A stretch of DNA of 64,000 nucleotides, from NCBI RefSeq assembly GCF_009914755.1, contig NC_060930.1; one strand, written 5' to 3'. The stretch is from the human T2T-CHM13v2.0 reference genome, Homo sapiens. A program made the translations under genes and the position numbers. Positions within the stretch are counted from its first letter, which is position 1; every line of letters begins with the position of its first letter. The notes under the pieces are model-generated. The model searched no databases. It saw nothing but the letters and a program-made list of their open reading frames with translations, and was not told where the DNA came from. This document shows positions 55,530 through 64,000 of the stretch, in pieces.

Positions 55530-56009
55530 TTTTTATTTTAGAAACTGCTCCTCTCCCACTGCAGTGATTTTTGCCAGGCTTACCAGTCTGTTAACTCACA
55601 TCATTGTCACAATGGTGAATCCTTCCAGGCTTGCCCAGCCAGGAATTACACTTCCCTGGATAGAGATTTACTCAAGGGAAAGTGACACAGCAAGGAAATT
55701 CAGCCATAGAAATTAATTCCATAGTTGGAAGAACCACATATCTTCTCAGCAATCTTCAACTTGAAGTACTGTGTTAGCTGCCAACTGACCGTTTTTAGCT
55801 CTACTTGAAGAGATGCCTGAGAATAAAATCAACAAAGAGCTACGAGATTAAACATGTATAGATATCTGGTAACATTGCATAAGCAAGAGAAATCAGATAC
55901 ACTTGAAAATAGGTCTACCTACAAAATTTTCAATATCATGAGCTAATAAATTCTATTTCTGCATATATAATTGTAAGCTGCAACAGAAAGATTCCTCCCT
56001 AAAATAGAG
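55530..56009 (+). mobile_element. Ancient LTR (MLT1K/L-like)
   Basis: gcctgagaataaaatcaaca...ttttcaatatcatgagctaataaattc...tgcaacagaaagattcct. Confidence 0.45.
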
Positions 56010-56972
56010 TCACTATAAGTAAATTACCAACAGATAACTGCTAATTTCTTACTGGTGAGTTATTGGAAGTTTAGACTAAGATGCTTTCACAGGCAAATGG
56101 AGCACACAGTAGCAATGGCACCAGGTTGGATTTATTTGAGGAACTTTATATTGTCAAACTCATGCATAATCTGCATTCTTGACACAATGGCAGCTTTGAT
56201 CATGAGTGCAAGAACAGTCATTGGTCACTCTTGGAAGATAGATGCTCGACAGCTACAGAATTAGTCATTATGGCATTCTGGTGGGAATTACAAAGAACTT
56301 CTGCCATAGAAGGATTTTGGGCCTTTCACATAAGAAACAATATCTTCTGGATTTTGATTACAGAAGTTCTTCCTCAAAAGGTTCCCTTATTCAAAAGTCA
56401 TCCATTTTTGCTTCTTAATAATCCTTCCCCATCTACCCAGAGTATTGGAGCTGACAAACAAAAAGTGGAGGTGCTGACCTCAATCCATTTCTCTTTCAGG
56501 GTGCATTTGATACATAGATTCACTGATGAAAGGGTTGGCTCCTGGGGGATTTTCTTACTCTATAGCCCTTCAATGCCAATACTGAGCGAGTGTTCACATC
56601 ATGATGATGTAATTCTCCATAGTACCTCTATTTACAGTCTTTTATATACCATGTTTCAGACTTTTAATTTGTGTGTGTGTGTGTGTGTATTAGTTATAGA
56701 AAATATCCATGAAGTAATGTATATTGGTGGAAAGAAGACTAGCTGTGTGGCTCACCCAGTGCTATTTCTCACTCCTAATTGTAAGGTGCTAAAATGTGGG
56801 GCAAATTTTCCTGGAGTTTGCAAGCCTTATTTTGTTCCTAGATGTCTGGACTCCTGGATGCCTCATTAGTATGACAAAGGTTTGTCATTTTGGTGAAATG
56901 TATCTACTACCATCAGTTTTACACGGATCTTAACAAGACATCTAGAGTCTTTGCTACCTCATTCTTTCTGGG

Positions 56973-56998
56973 TTTTTTTTTTTTTTTTTTTTTTTTTT
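56973..56998. repeat. Poly(T) run of about 26 nt
   Basis: Read directly; no Alu or L1 body attached. Confidence 0.9.
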
Positions 56999-58084
56999 GC
57001 TCTGGCATAAGAAAATAGCTTATTTAGTTTGAAGCAAAAAGGCAAAAGTTTTGCTTTTTGAAGCAAAAAAATCTATTTGTGAGAAAGAATTGTAAAGCCA
57101 CACACACCACTGTTCTTAGTGAAAGCTACCTGATTATGTTTCTTTTTGAAATCAGCATAAAATGCCTTCATAATATAAAAGCTGCATATATAAGTGTCAA
57201 GTTTGTGTTAATTTGTTCTAGTAAGCATATCACATCTAAAATAGCGATTAGATTAAATTTACCATTTATGTAAATTTATAATAACACTATGTCATTAAGC
57301 TTCTGAACTTGATTTCAAATCTTTGATAGTGATTCTGTTTTATGCCATTTCTCCAGAGATTCATTCCTGCTTTTGATGCACCATTGGACAAGAAAAATGA
57401 AGGTAAAATACCTTTCAGTTGGGTCTTCTTACTATGACAGTTCTTACTTTATAGGTTAGAAAGGTACTGGGGGAATTGTTCCAGTTGCTGAGGATAGCAA
57501 TCCCAATCTTAGACTCAGGAACAAGGGAAATAACTACTTGATGAGTTCTGGGCCTCAGTGGACTGACTGTGAAGTCAATTCAAATAAAAATACATTAATC
57601 ATCTACATTCCTGAATGCCACTCTGCATACTGGCCTATGATGCTTCTGGATGTGTAGAGATTAAGTGTCACATAAATAGAGATTTAGTAGTCTGTAAAAA
57701 GTTGAAGATTCTTTCCACAGTAAATAACCACGGATATCATCACTAAGGGGGACTAGGAAAATGAATGCTATGAATATGGGGTATTATAACAAGGAATGTG
57801 CCTTCCTTTTATTCAAGCTGCCATCCCTTTATAAACTGATCGATTGGTTTTGAAATTGGATGAGGTCAGGACCACTGTATATGAAACTCTTCACATCAGC
57901 AATCATGAGGAGAATGATGTCAGGTGTTTTTGTCTATTGGATTCAAAAGGTAGTTTATAAAAGTTTTTATTGAATAAATCAAGTAAAGCTTTGGTGTGCT
58001 ATCCTCAGAAAAGCTTTAGTGTGTTATTTCTCAGAAGGTTATATTTGGTTAACTTTAGACAGAGACAACTTTGAATAAGACCTT

Positions 58085-60560
58085 GATACTCAGGCCCCAA
58101 GGACAACCAGATGGGCATCACTTGGGAGTCATTAGAAATACAAAATCTGAGATCCTAGATTATATGGTTTGGCTCTGTGCCCCCACCTAAATCTCATCTC
58201 AAATTATAATTACATGTCAAGGGAGGTGCTTTGTGTGATGTAATTGGATCACAGGGGTGAATTTTCCCCTTGCTCTTCTTGTGATAATGAGTTACTTTTT
58301 ATTAGATCTGATGGTTTAAAAGTGTGTTGCAGTTCTCTCCCTCTCTCTCTCCTGCCACCATATAAGATGTGTCTTACTTCCCCTTCAACTTCTGGCAAGA
58401 TTATAAGTTTCCTGAGGCCTCCCCAACCATGTGGAACTTTGAGTCAACTAACCTCTCTTCTTTATAAATTAACCAATCTCAGGTAGTTCCTTACAGCAGT
58501 GTGAAAATGGACTAATACAGTAAATCGGTACCGAGAGAGTGGGGCACTGCTATAAAGGTATCTGAAAATGTGGAAGCAACTTTGGAACTGAGTAATGGGC
58601 ATAGGTTGGAACAGTTTGGAGGGCTCAAAAGAAGACAGAAAGATGTGGGAAAGTTAGGAACTTCCTAGAGACTTGAATGGTTGTGACCAAAATGCTGATA
58701 GTGATATATGGAAAATGAAGTCCGGGCTGAAGTAGTCCCAGATGCAGATGAGGAACTTATTGGTAACTGGAGTAAAGGTCACTTTCGTTATGCTTTAGCA
58801 AAGACACTGTTGCATTTTGCCCCTGTCCTAGATATCTGTGGGACTTTGAACTTGGGAGAGAAGATTTAGTGTATCTGGTGGAAAACATTGTTAAGCAGCA
58901 AAGCATTCAAGAGGTAACCTGGCTATTTGTAAAAGTGTACAGTCATGTGTGTTCACAAAGAGATGCTCTGAAATTGAAACTTATGTTTAAAAGGAAAGCA
59001 GAGCATTAAAGTTTGGAAAATTTGCAGCCTGACTATGTAGTTGAAAATAAAAACCCATTTTCTGGGGATAAATTAAAACCAGCTGCAGAAGGTTGCATAA
59101 GTGACGAGGAGCTAAGACAATGAAGAAAATGTCCCTAGGGCATTTCAGAGATCTTTGTGGCAGCCCCTCCCATCACTGTAGCTGAGGCCTAGGAAAAAAA
59201 AAAATGGTTTCATGGGCCAGGCCCAGGGCCACGCTGCTCCGTGCAGCCTTGGGACATGGCATCCTTTGTCCCAGACACTCCAGCACCAGCCATAGCTAAA
59301 AGGGGCCAAGGTACAGTTCTGGTCATTGCTTCACTGGGTGCAAGCCTCAAGTTTTGGTGGCTTCTATGTGGTGGTGGGCCTGTGGGCACACAGAAGACAG
59401 GAGTTTGGCAATCTCTGCCTAGATTTCAGAGGATGTATGGAAATGCCTGGATGTCCAAGCGGAAGTCTGTTGCAGAGGCAGAGCACTCATGGAGAAACTC
59501 TACCAGGGCAGTGTGGAGGGGAAATGTGGGGTTGGACCCCACACACAGAGTCTCCATTGGGGCTCTGCCTAATGGAGCTGTGAGAAGAGGGCCATTGTCC
59601 CCCAGACCCCAGAATGGTAGATACACCGACAACTTGCACCATGCACCTGGAAAAGCCACAGGCACTAAACACCAGCCAGTGAAAGCACCAAAGAGACTGT
59701 ACTCTGCAGAGCCAAAGGAACAGAGCTGCCAAAGCCTTGGGAGCCCACCTCTTGCATCAGCATGCCCTGGATGAAAGACATGGAGTCAAAGGAGATTATT
59801 TGGTAACTTTAAGATTTAATGGCTGCCCTGCTGAGTTTTGAAGTTGCATTGGGCCTCTAGCCTCTTCATTTTGGTGAATGTCTCCAGTTAGGAGTGGGAG
59901 CATTTATTCAATGCCTGTACTCTCATTGTATCTTGGAAGAAACTAACTTGTCTTTGATTTTACAGGCTCATAGGGGAAAAGGACTTGCCTTGTCTCAGAT
60001 GAGACTTTGGACTTGTACTTTTGAGTTAATGCTGGAATGAGTTAAGACTTTGGGGGACTGTTGGGAAGGTATGATTTTGTTTGAGATGTGAGTGAAAAGC
60101 ACATAAGATTTGGGAGGGGCCAGGGACAGAATGATGGTTTGGCTCTGTGTCCCCACACAAATCTCATCTTGAATTGTAATCCCCATGTGTCAGAGGAGGA
60201 GCCTAATGGGAAGTTATTGGATCATGGGGGCAGAATTCTCCCTTGCTACTCTAGTAATAATTAGTCAGTTCTCATGAGCTCTGATAGTTTAAAAGTGTGT
60301 GGTGGTTCCTCTCACTCTGTCTCTCTCTCTCCTGCCACCATGTAAGATGTTTCTTGTTTCCCCTTCACTTTCTGCCATGATTTTAAGTTTCCTGAGGTCT
60401 CCCCAGTCATGTGGAACTGTGAATCAATTAAACTTCTTTTCTTTATAAATTACTCCTATAAAAATGGACTAATATAACAGACATACTTGACATGAAACTA
60501 CATTTTAACACTGCAAGCAAATGGTTCATTTGCCCATGAAGCAGATGAGAAGCATTATTA
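58085..60560. mobile_element. MER5-type MITE split by THE1D (58085-58159 and 60477-60560)
   Basis: ggcatcacttgggagtcattagaaatacaaaatct ... cagacatact...aaactacattttaaca...tgagaagcatt. Confidence 0.65.
58160..60476 (+). mobile_element. Full-length THE1D-type MaLR provirus: 5' LTR 58160-58519, internal 58520-60131, 3' LTR 60132-60476
   Basis: Two LTRs atggtttggctctgtg...ggactaata(c/t)a; internal begins gtaaatcggtacc and ends in the purine tract gggaggggccagggacagaa; degenerate TSD ctaga/acaga. Confidence 0.95.
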
Positions 60561-60771
60561 CATTAGAGTTGAATTCTGTGCTACCTTGATGCTTATTTTG
60601 TTACATACTCTTATCCTCTTATCTGATTATTCAATTTTGTGATTTGGCATAGGGGACGTTAAGCTTCCCTTACTCTTGCTGATACCAGGAACACCATTTC
60701 ACTTGCAGCTCTTTCAACTCGCACTCAGAATCCATAGAAAGCATAGGAAAGTTGTTGGTATAAAATGCCAT

Positions 60772-60845
60772 TTCTTCCTATATTTTTCTACTGAGTCTTA
60801 ATGATTTGCAAATCATTAAGACTCAGTAGAAAAATATAGGAAGAA
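60772..60845. repeat. Perfect 74-bp palindrome (37-bp arms, no spacer)
   Basis: ttcttcctatatttttctactgagtcttaatgatttg|caaatcattaagactcagtagaaaaatataggaagaa, checked base by base. Confidence 0.98.
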
Positions 60846-61704
60846 GTCGGTAACTGGATGACATTACCAAAAGGCCATTCTTCCTCCTCTATTCCATGGG
60901 CATTATGGCCTTTCATTGTAATTATTAAGGACCAGAATTTCGTTCACATTTATATATGTTTGGTTCAAGATAAAATTGTGCTCCATTTTTTTGCCCCAAA
61001 CCTATAAACTCTAGTCCCATGATTATTTCCCAACTATCCATTTATGCATATTAGTAAATCTTTGCAATTCTAGTTGAATATAATCCCTATCTTCCTTATG
61101 TTAATTTTATATTATACCACCTAGCTAGGTTGAGTTTGCATTCTGATCAACAGTCAAAAATGTAAAGTATAAGGCAGTAGAACAATTTTTTAAATGTGTA
61201 CTATAAAAAGGGAATTTTTTTTAGGAAACTAAGGCATAAAAAATGATTCAAAGATATTGAGGTTTTAATCACATATATTTTAAGCCCCCTTAGTTTTTCC
61301 AAAAGTGTTATCATAATGGTTGAATACTCATTCTTTTCTTAGCGATACATGTACTGTCACATAAAAGACACAGCAAAGCCATGAATTCAACTGATGTTGA
61401 AATTCAGTATCACACAGATTGAATTTCTGAGCTTGGTTTTAGCACTTAGCTACACAGTAAAGAATTATCTTGTTGAGACCAGGAAAGTCCTTGCATATCA
61501 ATTTGTATTTTGATGTGTTTTGAAACTGGAATTTTGTTCACACACTTTAAATTATCAGTGCTACTTGAGGCAGCCATGCTAATCTGCAGTGCTTGCATTC
61601 GTCATTCCCTGTAAATTTGTTTGTGACAGCAACTACTTGCCTTCAGAAAGTATTACACTTGGTGGGCACATGTATGTCCATAATTTATAACTTTGTTCCT
61701 TGTT

Positions 61705-61900
61705 TCATTAATGCATTCATCATGCTGATAATCTATGCATATTTATTCAACTCTTTCATTTAAGGAATGTTTTGGGGGCCCCAATTAGGTGCTAAATAAT
61801 ATTGTAAGCACATTTATCAGTAGACAAATAGACTTCTTTGGTTAGAGGAACACAGAAACTAGTCACAGGGGACAAAAATGCTAATTAAATAAGCAGATAA
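61705..61900 (-). mobile_element. L2 3' fragment
   Basis: atttattcaactctttcatttaaggaatgttttgggggcccc...aggtgctaa...agacaaatagac. Confidence 0.45.
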
Positions 61901-62169
61901 CGGGAATGCTATTAGAGTAACACAGAATATCAAAGGATAAAGAAGTGCATAAAAAAGCCCTATGAAGGGCAAGAACTCAGAGAGCTGGAGGAAATCTCAG
62001 CAACAAAGGGAGATAAATTGTTTGCTCTTGGGGATGCTATTTGATGATTTGCCATCTAAATAAATTTATAATAATGCTATAATACATCAGTATAATCAAT
62101 CAATTTAAAAAAAAACAAATATAAGATGTTTATCCTTGCCAGCCATACATTCAGAAAGGACATTTTTCC

Positions 62170-64000
62170 TTTTGTCACTATGAGCTATTTTAAATAATGA
62201 AAAATACAAAATATAATATGACATGCAAAAAACACCCTTTACTAAATTAAATTATTTGGACATATATGCTTCATTCTTTCTCTAGTAAATTTAAGTAGTA
62301 AAATAACACAAACACTACTAAAGCCTTACCACACAGCACTTCTATTCATCACTTTCCCTCCCCAGAAGCAAACATTATCCGAAGTTGATGTATATCCATT
62401 CTATGGATATTTATAATGTTCTCATATATGATATGTTTAATCCATACAAAAATATACTATTATTTTATAGGTCTTTAAACATTAAATTATTTTAACTATT
62501 AAATATATAAATTTGCATAAAATTTAACATATGTTCTGCAATTACTGTTATAAAATTATATATTTATTATAAATTTTAGAATTTACATATACATGCACAT
62601 CTACAATATTCATTGTAACTTTTGTATAGTGTTTCTTTTTATAGGTTATTTAGAAAGTCTTTATATTACAGGAAAATAGGTTTTATTAGCATGTTTTATT
62701 TTTATAATTAGTGTTCACAGAGCAAGCTCAATTACAGCTTCTTCATAGGTTCAATGGTCCTCTAGGACAGAATCAAAAGTGAAATTACTGGGCGACAAAG
62801 TTTGAGTCTCAGATTCCTTAAGTATCATCATAATGTTTTTCTCCAAAATGTAATGTAATCTTATTTGTTTATTTTTATTTTATTTTTACCTATTTTTATT
62901 CTTTTTTTGGCTCAGGGTGTTGATCTTTCACCCAGGTTAAAGTGCAGTGGCATGCTCATGTCTCACTGCAGTCTTGAAATTCTGGGCTTAAGTGATCCTC
63001 CTGTCTCAGTGTCTCAAGCAACTGGGGCTACTGGCACATGCCACCATGACTGGATTTTTTTTTTTAATTATATGTTTGGAGAGATAGTGTCTCATCATGT
63101 TGCACAGTCTGGTCTTGAAGACTTGGCCTCAAGGAATCCTTTCACTTCAGCCTCCCAAAGTGTTGGGATTATAAACATGAGCCACCGCATCCAGAAAATT
63201 TTAAATTATATTACTATCACCATGTAATACTGTATATATTTCTATATTTTATATAAATCAAATTATATATAAATTAATTAACACATATTTATATAAATTA
63301 AATTATATATGTTACATAATTATTTTAACCCCAAACATCTTCAGGTTTATGTCAATCAAGAATAAAGCATTCTTCTAGATTTTTCAAAGATAGTTGATAT
63401 TTTGATACATTTAACTTTTTTTAAATTCTGTTTTCTAAGTTCTGACAGATTTAACTATTGCATGAAGATTGTATGCCCAGCAAACTTGCTAAAGTGTTCT
63501 CTTTTTAGAAATGGTAATAGTTATTCTGTAGGTTCTATTTAATTTCCAACATATATAATTCCATCATCCATAAATCCTAACAATCTTGCTTCTTTATATC
63601 TTGTCCGTACTAACTTTTATTTTTTTCTTACCTTATTGTACTAGTACTGGCTACCTCTATAATATAAAGCAAAGTGGCAGTTGTGGATATCTTTGATTAA
63701 TTTCTATTCTTGTAGTTAAACTTTTAATCCTTTAATGATAATTAGTTGGCTGGATTTTTCCCTTCATTTCTTTTATATACTTTTTTTGTTTGTTGTATTT
63801 TTGTAGATACACTTCAATCCCTAATTTTCTGGGAGTTATTTTCATAAAACTTATGTTGAATTTATTAAAGACCTTTAAGATCTTTGATACATTTATTGAT
63901 GAGATCATAGTATATCTCCTTTACCTTATTTAATATAAGGTACCTTGTATTAATGCTACCTTGCATTAATATATTTTCTGATGTAAAACCAACTTTCACT
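62170..64000 (-). mobile_element. L1ME-like fragments interrupted by AluJ
   Basis: ccctccccagaagcaaacattatcc, aagtgaaattactggg, attgtatgcccagcaaacttgctaaa, tgttgaatttatt...gagatcat. Confidence 0.6.
62861..63194 (-). mobile_element. AluJ, full length, diverged
   Basis: T-rich tail, ctcactgcagtcttgaaattctgggcttaagtgatcctcc, gcctcccaaagtgttgggattata...gagccaccgc. Confidence 0.93.

Noticed and set aside
56973-57300. Poly(T) run as the tail of a minus-strand processed pseudogene
   Set aside because: No poly(A) signal at the expected distance, no TSD and no recognisable coding sequence.
59241-59774. 177-aa ORF as a host gene
   Set aside because: Inside THE1 internal sequence, GTG start, decayed MaLR.
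63230-63320. AT-rich repeated tttatataaat(c/t)aaattatatat
   Set aside because: Low-complexity TA slippage; ordinary.

Overview
Primate (human-like) genomic DNA. It is AT-rich and CpG-poor, with no CpG island and no recognisable protein-coding exon, tRNA/rRNA or CRISPR array, so it reads as intergenic or deep-intronic sequence. Much of it is transposon-derived: about 9 Alu/FLAM copies, many L1 fragments (L1PA, L1PB, L1MA/MB/MC/ME), MIR/L2 relics, hAT/Tigger MITEs (MER3, MER119, MER44, MER5, MER58) and many LTR elements (MSTB, MLT1, three MLT2 LTRs with an ERV-L dUTPase relic, LTR12, MER51, MER52, LTR32/47-type, MER57/LTR54-type, a deleted THE1 and a full-length THE1D). Family names come from recalled consensus motifs, not a database run, so subfamily labels are provisional. 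I found no convincing novel multi-gene system. The most notable unexplained structures are a perfect spacer-less 74-bp palindrome in unique DNA (60772-60845), an old ~0.5-kb local duplication with a THE1 in one copy only, an ancient twin-primed L1 inversion, several templated micro-duplications, and a 199-codon ATG ORF in apparently non-repeat DNA.
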